Source: the human T2T-CHM13v2.0 reference genome, Homo sapiens
Direction: 5' to 3' (one strand)
NCBI RefSeq assembly: GCF_009914755.1
Contig: NC_060930.1
DNA: 64,000 nucleotides
In this document: piece after piece, positions 12,306 to 28,284 of the stretch
Layout of the letters: every line of letters begins with the position of its first letter
Position numbering within the stretch: the stretch's first letter is position 1
Notes under the pieces: model-generated
What the model was told of the DNA's origin: nothing
What the model saw: only the letters and a program-made list of their open reading frames with translations
Databases searched by the model: none
Translations under genes and position numbers: made by a program

Positions 12306-12837
12306 ATACACTTATTTAAAACTTAGCCTCTTGGGAAAAGCATATGGTAAAACTCAGGCTTCTTCTACACCCGTGTCTTTCAGGATGGGGGAGAAAATGG
12401 CAGAGGGGCTCAAACACAAGGCTTAGCCCCCACCTATTCTGTGCTCTTTCCACCCAAACACATGGAATCAAGCTGCCACGGAAGCAGAAGCCTGGGGAGA
12501 ACAGGAAACAAAAACGCAGAGATACTGAGTTCACGAGTGACTGCAGTGTTAGAAGAGGTGTGGGGCTGAATGGGAGTGTGGGGACATGTTAGAAAATCGC
12601 TCTCAGAGGAGTTACCACAAAGAAAAGCTTTCTTTCTGATTTTTACATCCCATCACTCAAATTACTGTAACCTACAAAATTCATGAATATGCACTAGTTC
12701 CCCATTGCACTAGGTATTTGGTGGGGCATGAATTCAGATTCTGAGAGGTGAATAAGTCCAACAACACCTTGACTTCTTAAATTCTAACTCTGTAAATTTG
12801 CAGATGAGAAACCAAAGTCCATAGAGGTGAAGTGACA

Positions 12838-13220
12838 TGATTATAGTCATTTAGAAGACAATGAGATGGGCTTAGATGTGTGAGGACTTCATAAATCCAT
12901 GTGTGAAAGAGAATGGGTGAGGGGCCAGGGTAAGACCTTGCAGCAAGTCTGACCAGTGAAAGAGGGAGGGAGGTAAGGTTGGATGGCGGCGTCCCAGAGG
13001 GCCATGCACCCAGAGGAAGGTTTAGGAGAGCTGTGAAGCAAACGTCAGAGAAGCCCTGGTCTTCCAGCACCGGGCTGGCCTTAGGGCCCCTGCTGTCCTC
13101 AGTCATTGGCTGGGAGAACCAGGGAAAAGCAAATGTCGACAAAGATTTCAGAGGCAGACGCCGGGGTTTTTGTTCACGTGTGCTTCCATAATTGGGGGTC
13201 TGTGCTACTCATGGCTACCA
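12838..13220 (-). mobile_element. 3' LTR of ERVL provirus (LTR16A-like)
   Basis: 'cagtcattggctgggagaacc', 'gcaagtctgaccagtgaaagagggagggagg' and terminal 'ctcatggctacca' resemble LTR16A; abuts the ERVL internal sequence. Confidence 0.65.
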
Positions 13221-14326
13221 GGGTCCACCATGGGTAGGGGTTCTCACTGACCACACACTGCAGGAGCAGCTCCTCCAGGGCCCCTATGGGGCTTTCTGCA
13301 GAGGGAGACACAGCTGAGGGAGGCAGGTGGGATGGGCTGTAGGCCACATTGCTGTCATTCACTTGGGGCCCCAGCTGGTACTAATCATCCCCTAACCCTG
13401 CTACTCATTCTAAATGTCCCTCACCCTCAGCACTTTGGCAGGGCTCAGTGGCTTGTCTGATGGCATGACCCGAAGGATCACACCCTTGGTCATCGTGTTC
13501 TTCTCATCCAAGCTTGCTGAGAGCACCCATTTACCTCTACGGTGGAACCCGGGTATACCAGGAGGCACCCGAGTGGAGCCCTAGGCATGTTCCTCCCTGC
13601 CCCACTGTGTACAAGCAGCCACAGCTCCTCTCAATGACCAGGGTCCATTTCCTCAGCCACCTCCTGAGGACAGCTCCGGAAGCAGGGTTACTTGGTGTCT
13701 CACAGTCAAGTAGCCTGCCTTCACCAAGGCCAGCAGCACCCAAGAAACATTTCTCAAGGCTGCCTAATCCTGTGTTGCAGATGGCAAGGCCTTGCTCCCG
13801 CATCCCAGGAGCCTGTGTTGTGGCTCTTCTGTGGAACTACTGGAAGCTCCAAGCTGCCTCTGATCCCTACTGATGCCTCCAGCACCATAGGGTCTGCAAG
13901 ATTGTGTGGCCCCAGCAGTAGGGATGAATGCACCACAGCTTGGACCCACAGCACAGCCCTTTCCTGCCCACCACGGTATACCTGGAAGCCTTCTGTGTCA
14001 CACACAATCTAGGAATGGGATGAGTTGCCACCAGAACCCAGGCACCATGCTTACTTCTTTGTAGTAGTTAATGCAAAATGCAGTGACTTATCTTTCACTG
14101 TGGAGCAAAATCCTGGCACTCCTTAATTTCTGGCCCCTAAAATCTTCACTGGAGTGGTCAACTCCCGAGTCTTTGCAGGGTTTACCCCCTACCTGCAGCA
14201 TCACATGTGTCTTCCTTACTCTCTCAGTGCATGAGCCCCCTCTTGTTTCTTTCGTTCAGTCTGCATGAAGTCATTGATCATTACAGTATTCTACAGTTAG
14301 GCCAAGCAGTCCAGGACTGCTCATGC

Positions 14327-14817
14327 TGTGCCTAGTGTTGGTTCGTGGGTTCGTGGTCTCATCTTGCTGACTTCAAGAATGAAGCAGCAGACCTTCACGG
14401 TGAGTGTTACAGCTCTTAAAGAAGGCATGGACCCAAAGAGAGAGCAGTAGCAAGATTTATTGTGAAGAGTGAAAAAACAAAGCTTCCACAGGTGGAAAGG
14501 CACCTGAGTGTTGCCACTGCTGGCTGGGGTGGCCAGCTTTTATTCCCTTATTTGTCTCTGCCCATCTTCTGTTTTTGTCCTATCAGAGTGCCCTTTTTTC
14601 AATCTTCCCTGTGATTGGCTACTTTTAGACTCCTGCTGATTGGTCCATTTTACAGAGCACTGATTGGTGCATTTTACAAACCTCTTGCTAGCTACAGAGC
14701 ACTGATTGGTGCGTTTTTACAGAGTGCTGATTGGTGCATTTTACAATCCCTTTGTAAGACAGAAAAGTTCTCCAAGTCCCCACTGGACCCAGGAAGTCCA
14801 GCTGGCTTCACGTCTCA
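14327..14817 (-). mobile_element. Solo LTR12F (ERV9 family LTR)
   Basis: Minus strand begins TGAGACGTGAAGCCAGCTGGACTTCCTGGG and ends ...GGCACA; tandem gattgg (CCAAT) units; 4-bp TSD ATGC at 14323-14326 and 14818-14821. Confidence 0.92.
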
Positions 14818-16890
14818 ATGCCAAGAGGCACAGAGCTCATACAGCACTGTGGTTAAATTAGCAGTGCATATCGTCAGTCCTATGTGAGCTGTTTCTGGTC
14901 CTCTTTTCCAAATGGAATGGTCGAGCATGCACTGGCAAACTAAGAGGCACATGCCCCGTTCTTGGTGCTTTGCTAATCTGCTCTAATGGTGTGATCTGGG
15001 CTACTGCTAGGTTAAGTCTGGTAGTAGTGGTAGTCGACATTCGTTCTCTGGGATCCATAGAGTTTCTGCAGGGGCCAGCCTGACAATTCGATGGAGCAAT
15101 GATCGGTACCAACACTGTGCACCCTTTAGGTCCTTAATGGTGGACTTCAGTCTGCCTTTCTTTCCCATCTCCTGCCAAGATTCAGCGAGGTTGAGGGGGC
15201 AGCTTCGGGGGTTTTCACCTTTTCCAATTGGCCTTTCCCACTATGATAGCTCTTATCCCACAAACCAAGAACCCTAATGTGGGCGTAGTTCCACCTGCTC
15301 TGTAGCTCTTGTCTAACAGTCCACTGAAGAACTGGGAAAGACCACTCCTGAAGCCACAGACCCAGCAGGCCCACTGCAAGCTGGACAACAGCCAGATCCA
15401 GTAATGACTTGGCCCCCAGGTCCCCTACTCTACCGGGAAAGCCAAGATGACTCTGTGGAATCTCTAGGTATCCCTGGAAATTCAGACCTTGTGTCCAATA
15501 GTCTTTGAAATGTCAGGTAATTCCCCCTACCCAGATTAAAGTCACATGAGTAAATGGCCTTAGGTGCCCTTGAGGAAGGACTGGGGGAATGCTCATATGC
15601 TGGCCACCATGCTGCAGGAATCTGCATTTGCAGGACAAGCCAGCTCTTCAGTCAATGGGTTTCAAGTCTGAAATTGGGTATGCCTGGGGACTGAGCAGGA
15701 GGCTTTGTCTTGGTTGCGGAGAGGCAGTCCTCAGCCTGCCGCTTCTTCCTTCTTTACCATTACTATTACAGGCATGGGGTGGCACCCTTGTGGGCCTACC
15801 TGAGGCTAAGAACAATCTGCTGTATCAGCCATCCCCAAACTCCCTGCAGCTCAGGCCCCCTTGGCCACCCCTCCAACCTTCCTATTCATCATTGTTGTGG
15901 CCTCTGGTTTCTAGCCCCCATTACTTTGGGGCCCCATCATCCCCAAAAAGACCCAGTCTTCCAAGAGCCACCCCAGGAGCTTTGCTTCATTTCTTGACAT
16001 CCTGTCTACAATGTTAAATCTTATATTCTGAAAAAAATTACTTCTAACTATTGCTTATCTGATTTACAGTCTGATCAAACACCCTCAAAATCCAATCCCA
16101 GGCATACTCCCTTAGCTCCCATGTGGACACATGCCAGCTGGCCTTTCCATTATTGGGATGAAAAGTCTTTTCCTCCCCTCTCAAGCCCAGCATATTCTCA
16201 GCTGGGTTATGTTGGGATTGAAGCCTAGCTGTGCCCTGGCCTCCTAGAGGGGAGGATGCCTGTTGCTTGTTGGGGAAGCTTCTGCGCTTGTACTAGGATA
16301 TGGCGGGGCCACCTCTGCAATCTCAGAGGACTCACAGGGACTGTAGAGTCAGCGTCCACAGGGAACGCCATGCAGAGGTTTCCCCACCAAGGTTCTGCCT
16401 CACAGATCACAGAAATGCCTGGACTGAGCACCCACACATCTCCAGAGCTCTGACACTTTCACAAGTACCTGCTGCTCAACTGCATCTGCCCACCCATGCC
16501 AGGTGATGAGGGTCCCTTCAGAAGCTATCCTTGAAGCTCTCTGGCTCTCACACTTGACCATTAACTGCTAGTTAATACATCCCAGACTCCTTTTCCTTCT
16601 GCAGTACATGAATTCAGCTTTGCAATAACCAGTCAACTGTGCTGTCTTGTAGACATTGTTCCCCCAATATTTTCCAAATGCTTCCATCATTGCACCTGTC
16701 TCTGCATTATCCTCCACTGAGTGGTGTTTCAAGGCCCACCTCAGTGAAATCTTTAGCAATCGAGCTGCCATCCCTTATCAAGGAGGACATGAGTCTCTGC
16801 CCTTCCACCAGTCATCATGGAGACCTTTCTACCTGCTAGCTAATTCACGATCTAGACCGAAACCCATATTTTGTCACCTTTTTTCTCTGA

Positions 16891-16905
16891 CCACTCTTGG
16901 TACCA
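16891..16905 (-). other. Retroviral primer-binding site (ERVL type)
   Basis: Minus strand TGGTACCAAGAGTGG lies 4 nt inside the 5' LTR; ERVL internal consensus starts TGGTACCAGGAGTGG. Confidence 0.75.
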
Positions 16906-16909
16906 CTCC

Positions 16910-17340
16910 TGTGAGTCTGGGTCTTCTGAGAAGCAGAAGTCTGCAAAGATTCTAGTGGGAGAAAGGCCTGCATGAGAGAAAGTGGAGAGGGCTAAGAGGC
17001 AGGCCTCCCCACCATGCAGGTATGAGCCCCAAGATAAGGTCAGCGAGACTGAAGGTTGGGTGGAAAGTCCCAGATCTGTACCCTCTAAGGAGGGCCCTAT
17101 AGGCTGCTGTGGGTCCTCACCAAAGCCAGCACTCACAGCAGCCCGTCTCTCCTTGTTGGCTGGCTGCTGTGGGGAGCATGGTTTTGACCCAGGTGAAGGG
17201 CAGGTGTGCAGGCCTGGCAGGAGGCCGCTGGCCAATTGCACTCCTTGGCTGGAGCTGGGTGGGTGTAGCTTCAGGACCACAGTGGAGTTGGGAGCACAAG
17301 CCACCCTTCTTCCTTCCCGAGGTCTTTCCATGGCTCCTGG
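16910..17340 (-). mobile_element. 5' LTR of ERVL provirus (LTR16A-like)
   Basis: Begins 'tgtgagtctgggtcttctgagaagcaga'; contains 'ccaccatgcaggtatgag'; ends near 'ttccatggctcc'; same family and orientation as the LTR at 12838-13220; adjacent to the PBS. Confidence 0.65.
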
Positions 17341-20300
17341 AGCCCACTGCACGTGACAACTTCATTATTGTAACTGTAATGAGAAAATCGCTAGGAGAAC
17401 AAGGACATGAGGAATTAATTTCTGCTCTGTTTAGAGAAGATGTTGAACTTTCTTTCAGTGGCCAAAAGGCAAAGCCCGATGTCATGGCCGAAGAGGTCTG
17501 GAGAAACTAGGACGCGGCAGTCACATCCCTCCCCACGGGGTCACCGCACTGCCTGCAAGGAACTTCCTGAATGCTGCCTCTGCACAGCTGGCAACCAGGG
17601 GTTCTTAGAGCTTGAAGGAGCATGCATTCTTTATTATGACACAACTAGGAAAAAATCACAGTGCCAAGTTAGCAAAGTTAAACTCAGGGGCGGTGCTCTG
17701 CCAGGAACCCCGCTGTGGAGAGATGTTTATTCAATGTGCTTTCTGCAAGGACCAAAGACAGGCTGATGCTTTTATGAGACACTGCGGTTTGCTCTTGGGT
17801 AACAAACAGCAATGAAAAAAAAACAGGAAATTTCCACTGTAAGATGTTCTAAATGAAGTATTTAATATACTAAATGTAATGAGTGGGGCCCCTGCTGACT
17901 TGCATTGAAGAACATAAATATGTAATAAACTAAGCTACTTGGGACTATCTGAAAATGCATTCTCCCAAGAACAACCTCGGGTTTACTGTCCTTTTAATAA
18001 AACTTCCTCCAAGTGACAGTCATTGTCTTTAACACAAATGCACATTGTAGATCTTTCTTGACAAATAATAATTGTGAGGATGCTTTGGAACTCAATTGTG
18101 AAATTAATCCCATTATCCTTCAGGACATTACAGTTGTGTTTTACTGATGTTGATTTCGCCTGTCCCATTTTTAGATATTTTTAAAAATCTGATTTCATTT
18201 CTCCCTGGATTTTATTTTTTGTAGTCAGTTTATAGCATCTTTCCAAAACCAACCATGCTAAATGGAAAACATACCTTAGATTAAGAAAAAATTACATATT
18301 TTCCATGTATAATAATGGAATGCTTTGTGGTATGACAGTCATTCATTGCAAACATTAAGCCTATATTGATAACGTTCAGTTAACACTGAGGTGCTCATAA
18401 TATATGGATCATTAAACTGCCTCTACGTTGTCAGATTTTACTTATTTAAATAATAACTAAGACTCTAGAAACTTTTCTCTAATAACCTGCCAACAGTGAT
18501 CATAAAAATCCTGCAGCATTTCCTGATTTCTGTGATGTGAACACACTCACCATGGCTCTTCCCAAGGCTCCAGGGTGATGTCCTGGGATGTGGGATGGGA
18601 AGAGGTGTGCAGAATTTGTTCTCAGGAGTTGGAATGGCCGAGAACAACTTAGCCACCAAACCAATTTCTAACCCGCCTTCTGCCCTCCTTGGTTCCATTG
18701 AGTACACATGGTCCACCTTCTCTACCCTTTTAGCCTAACAAAAACTCTGGCCTCAGTAGCACAAAGTGCAAATGCGCTCTGCCCTCCGAGTCCTCCAGGG
18801 TTTGTGGCGGTGCTGGCACAGAGGTATGGTTACTGGGCAGCTCCACCTTCAATCATAACAGAAGGCCTGTGAAGTCAGTGGCGTTTCTTCCTTTTTGGGT
18901 TTGGAAGCTGATGCTCAATAGGATTCAGGGACACGCCCCAGGGTGGGCCAAACTGCCAGGAATGTTCTCTACCCACTGGGCCTCACTGGATTTCCCTCCT
19001 AGAGGGCTGGTCACAGTGGCAAGGATGAGATTGGGAGGATCAGCAATTTGACTTGGGTCTATTTAAGGGAAAAATTGGTAACCTTCCTGGAATATGTTTC
19101 TCATAAACCTCCATTGTGTTGGATGATAAAGGGGTCGATGGCTCCTTATGGAAAAGGGCAAATCCAACAAAGACAGCTCTAAAGGAGGAAGGTAGCCGAC
19201 GGAAGGGCACACAGAAGCCCCGGCCAAGCTGAGCCTGGTTGCCTCTCTCCCCACCCTCCCAGCACCACCCGACTGGGGCTGGGACAGGCCACTTCCTCAG
19301 CGGGACACCTGTCCAAGTCCGGACAAAACACCAAAGCCCTGTTCTTTGTTCCCCTTTGCACAGCTGAGAAAGCTTGGGATTTTCAAAAGAACTTTTTACT
19401 AAAACATCATCAGAAAACAAACAACAAATGAACAAAGAAAAGACTAAAAGCACGAAAGCCATCTTCAAAGCACGGATACGGAGTCCTGCGGAATCTCCCT
19501 GCCTCACCATGGTTGTGGGCTGGCTCAGCAGTGCACCCTGGAACCTGGCTGTCAGAGCCCCCACCTTTGCACCCCCTGCCCATCTTTGCCACCTCCTTTC
19601 TGGGGAGAAATTCTTGCTACATGAGAGAGAAATGATATGAGACACATGGGCTGGTGTCACAGCTGGAAAAGTGCAGGCCTTGCCCTCCAGAGGTTGCCAG
19701 GTGCAGAGAAAGAAACCAGCAGATCTGTGATTGCTCTCCACTTCCAGGGAGTATGGTGGGTAGAGACCGGGATGTGGGAGGGAGACAGAGACACCCACGA
19801 CAGCACCCCAGATCTGCCATAATTCAGCAGCACGACTCTGGCAAGGTGATAGCGTTGGGCAAGCCCTGGCGTCCTCCTCCGTAAGATAGAAACACCACAG
19901 TGCCTGCTGATGGGCTGTGAGGACAGAATTAAGTGGTTGTGACTGGCCCGTGTGAAGTGAACTCAAGGTGAGCTTTAGTGTCGTTACAAAGGACGACTTG
20001 AGCTTGACTTCTCCAGGACTCCCGACCTTACTCCTTACAGGGGCAAATGGCAAAGCATAGAGATGCCTGTGGGTAGCCCTTAAACTGGCACAGCTCTGGG
20101 AATTCTGCGACACTGGCCCTAGGTTCTGTTCTTGCTGTCAGTAGCCACTCAGCCCTCCCAAAAGAACATGTGGGTGCTCCCAGGACCCGAGGACCTTGCT
20201 TTCGTTACTATCTGGGGAACTGGGGGCAGGAAGGATGGGAGGAGGTGGGGAAAGAAGATCAGGAACAAGGAGGTGTGAACCATTCAAGATGACACAGAGT

Positions 20301-20529
20301 CCCAGGCTTTGGGAATGGGCTGGGTAATTGCTGAAAGGCCGAAGGAACAAGGAGAAATTGTGCAAGTGGAGTTTTCTTTGGGAGCCTTAAGAACTGAAAG
20401 CCAAGAAAAAGCAGAAATGTGCAGCATCTTTCTGGAGAGGTCCTTCTTGCCTAGGACTCCCTTCATTACCATGAGCAGTTTCCATGACTCAATCCTGTGT
20501 CATCCCTCACGTGCTCCCCCTAAATAAAT

Positions 20530-20729
20530 AGAAAGGAAAGAAACAGAAGAAGGGAGGGAGGGAGGCAGGGAGGAAGGGAGAGAGGGAGGGAGGGAGGAAG
20601 GAAGGAAGGAAGGGAGGCAGGTAGGCAGGGAGGGAGGGAGAGAGGGAGAAAGCGAGGGACGGAGGAAGGAAGGGAGAGAGGAAGGAAGGGAGGGAGGGAG
20701 GGAGAGAGGAAGGAAGGAAAGAAGGAAGA
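20530..20729. repeat. Polypurine (GGAA/GGGA)n tract
   Basis: ~200 bp almost entirely A/G on the + strand. Confidence 0.95.
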
Positions 20730-20779
20730 CTATTAGCCAGAATAGCTTGATGGTTTTAAACATTTTTTAAGTTGAGCTT

Positions 20780-20925
20780 ATTTCCTCCCAGTTGTGTCTC
20801 ACACACTAGACTATAAGTTCCAAAAGGGCAGGGGCAACGTCTGCCCCCATCATTGTCAAAACTCCAGTCCTAGAGCAATGCCTACCACATGACACATGTT
20901 CAAAATATGTTGGCTTAATGAATAA
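20780..20925 (+). mobile_element. L2 3' fragment
   Basis: 'ctagactataagttccaaaagggcagggg...cctagagcaatgcctaccacatgacacatgttcaaaatatgttgg..aatgaata'. Confidence 0.7.
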
Positions 20926-22163
20926 AGAAAAAGCCAAATCATGAAGCTGATAAAATTGCTAAGTTAGGACTTCCAATTAAAGATAAGAAATCAAGCAATC
21001 ATACTGTCCTTATCTCTAAAAATGACAAAAATGGACAAAAAATAAAAATAAAGTAGAAGACCCCATTTTAAATTAAGAAAAGGAAACATTTTCAGCTCAA
21101 GAATACAAAGAATTTCTACCAGTTCAAGTGGCGCTTTGACCTGCTGAGAATACTTCCTGGCTGCCTCTACCACATCGACTCCTCTTTCCTAACTGTGCTG
21201 TGACGTCCTGCTGAGTTACTTTCAATGGGATTGAACTTTCCCTTGCTCAAGCAGTAGGCGGCCCTGATTAGCTGGAGGGGGTTGACGTTCTCCACCCTTG
21301 GGCTGGGGTGATGTGTTCGAGAACGGACATACAGTCCGAGTCAGGTCCATGCGGACCTGCCAGACTTAGCTCCAACCCTTTTGTTGATCTTCTAGAAAGG
21401 CAGTGTTTTCCTACTGGAAGTAAATGAGACATTGAGTTGGGCAGGAGATTCAGCCAGGCTCTTGAGACCACAGTGGAGGAGTTGCTAGAGAATTGGGGCA
21501 ACTCTGAGGATGCGGAATTGAGAAATAGAAACTGTTTTATGGCTGTGTTGTTTAAGGCCTGGATGAATCTCACTTGAAGCCAGACATGCCTCTGGGATGC
21601 TCTGTGGGGGAAAATAGAGTGTTTACATTTAGGGCTGTTTCAGTTGGGTTTTCTAGAGCTTGCAAGGGGGTCTGAATGGCAACTGCCCCAAAGTTGACAC
21701 ACACCTCTTGAGAGTCTTAGCTTTTCCTGGAGGTGAAGGGCCTTGAGGAATCCGAGGATCCTATGGTGAAAACCAAAGGTGCCGGCACAGATGAGTGACA
21801 GGAGCACTAGGGAACAGGCCGCCTCCACCCCAGCGTGTGGGCGGGAGGTTGCCTCTGGAATTCTTGGCCTATTTTCTATGGACATGGCTTCGTAACCTGG
21901 AGAAAGAGCCAGACAGAAGAAAATGCTAACCCGAGATGTACGAATAGAGAAAAATCAATGGTAAGTCACAAACCATTGAGCTAAGAGGCATCTGAGAGTC
22001 ACTGCCAGCTCCTGTGTGGGGCATCATTTTACCCCAGTCAGGTGATGCCCCCAAATCTAAGGAAAGGGATGTGTCCTCAGAGAAGACAGAGATTTTGTGG
22101 GGGGAAAGGTATTTGGTGACAGCAGAACTGTTTGAAAGTTATTGACTGTAACAGCCAATGCTC

Positions 22164-22505
22164 TGAGATAGTTAGTTTGTGGCCTCCACATCTCCTGTTG
22201 AAATGTGATCCCCAGTGTTGGAGGCAGGGACTGGTGGGAGGTGTCTGGGTCATGGAGCGGTTCCCTCATGCGTGACTTGCTGCTGCGGGAGAGCTGCTTA
22301 TTAAAGAGTCTGAAACCTCTCCCATCTGTTGCGTCTTCTCTCGCCATGTGACACATCCACTCCGGCTTTGCCTTCTGCCATGAGTAAAGGCTTCCTGAGT
22401 CCTCTCCAGAAGCAGTTCCTGACACTATGCTTCTTGTACAGTCTGCAGAACAGAGAGCCAAATAAACCTATTTTCTTTGTAAATTAGGCACAATGAACTA
22501 ACACA
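22164..22505 (+). mobile_element. MaLR solo LTR (MSTB-like)
   Basis: 'gttgaaatgtgatccccagtgttggagg', 'ccttctgccatgagtaaaggcttcctgag', 'ccaaataaacct' and terminal 'aactaacaca'. Confidence 0.85.
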
Positions 22506-22700
22506 CATTCTCTGCACTCCCCACCCTGTTTTTTGAGCAATTAGCTGGCGCTAATAATACCCATTCCAATAAAAATATGAGTAATATTCAGAAAGGACCT
22601 AAGATGTACCACATGCACAGCCAACGAAAATCACAAGCAAAGAGCTAAGAAGACTTCACTTAAGAAGAATTGCCGCAGGTAATAGAATAAAATTTTAGGC

Positions 22701-22766
22701 AAATACTTCTCTGTACTCTCAAATACTTCTCTGTACTCTCAAATACTTCCCCGTACTCTCAAATAC
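22701..22766. repeat. 20-bp minisatellite, 3.3 copies (AAATACTTCTCTGTACTCTC)
   Basis: Read directly. Confidence 0.92.
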
Positions 22767-22779
22767 ATTGAAGAGTAAA

Positions 22780-23720
<941 letters not shown>

Positions 23721-24039
23721 GAGAAAGTGTATTTATCTTATTAAAAGAGAAATCAAAATAAAGAATTCAGAAATGCAGAAGTAGCAGAATGAAGGAACTC
23801 AGTGTGAACATTACGTATAATTATAAGGCTAACTAAATATACATATTTAATAAGGTCAGTTTTTAAAATGTAATAGCAATTCTGGTGGTAAACAAATCAT
23901 CAAGAAATGAGAAAAAATAAATTTAAAGATTGAGAAAATTATTGTTACATAGGAGAATATAAATATTATAACTTTTCAAAGTAATTACAATTAAATGTCT
24001 GGAAAATGGAGGATGGAAAGTTTTAGTTTTTAGTTTTTT

Positions 24040-25812
<1,773 letters not shown>

Positions 25813-25829
25813 AAGAAAAACATTATAAA

Positions 25830-27610
<1,781 letters not shown>

Positions 27611-28284
27611 TAAAAAATGTTCTCTTATAAAATTGGAAAATTCTGATGTGACTGTCCCCGGGTTGGGAAACTGTGGCTCTCTCTAGTGGGTATTTGCCCA
27701 TGCAGCATGCAGGTTCTGCAGGACACGGTTCTGCCATGGCTTGTGGAGGAGTCATGGCTCCTGACGGCCAGCTTGTTGCTCCTTCTGCAGCACCGGTTTG
27801 GCTGTCATGCTGCGTTACTATGAATGTATATGATATATTGGATAGTATATTAAGAATGAACTAATATATAATAATTTCCTCCTCTTATCTTTTTTGCTTT
27901 TACAAAATAATAAAAATTCCTGCATTCACTGCATGACAACACTAAATTAAATTAATTAAAGTGAAATTGTAATTGCCCGAGTCCTCACCATTTTGAAGAC
28001 TAATCGACAGTTTGTCTATTCCACTTGAATAAAGATTTCACAACATTTTTGCATCCAAATGAATCAGGAATATTGAACATTTGTTCTGTAACTTGCATTA
28101 CCATAATGTTTTTAAATGACAGGTTGGGACTCTTCAGTGAGTTATGAAATCTATTGGATCACAACCAGCCTTTAAAGGAAATGAGATAGAGTAAGTGTGA
28201 TAGCATAGAAAATGTCAGAACGAATTACAGATAATAAAAATACACACAAATATGTGTCTTGGGTTGTGATGAAAACTGTATTTC

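Larger units (their letters stand above)
13221..16909 (-). mobile_element. Degenerate ERVL internal region (ERV3-16A3/HERV16-like): gag-pro-pol relics, interrupted by LTR12F
   Basis: Protease 'GRGNYLTFQRLLDTRSE' (~15480-15530; cf. HERV-L WGKGNNQTFRGLLDTGSE); RT 'INDFM..NPAK..VKILG..VKDKSLHFA..GFWWQLIP' (~14010-14285); connection/RNase H 'VQAVVHSSLLLGPHNLADPMVLE' and 'HRLLGCGSKALPS' (~13780-13960); many stops and frameshifts. Confidence 0.88.

Noticed and set aside
13221-16909. Domesticated or functional retroviral gene
   Set aside because: Multiple stops and frameshifts, mutated catalytic motifs (DTG to DTR, YIDD to MIND), and an LTR12F insertion inside RT.
19040-20113. 357-aa minus-strand ORF as a full protein-coding gene
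   Set aside because: It starts at GTG, resembles no family I recognise, and has the composition of translated non-coding DNA. Only the internal ATG at 19510 is kept as a lead.
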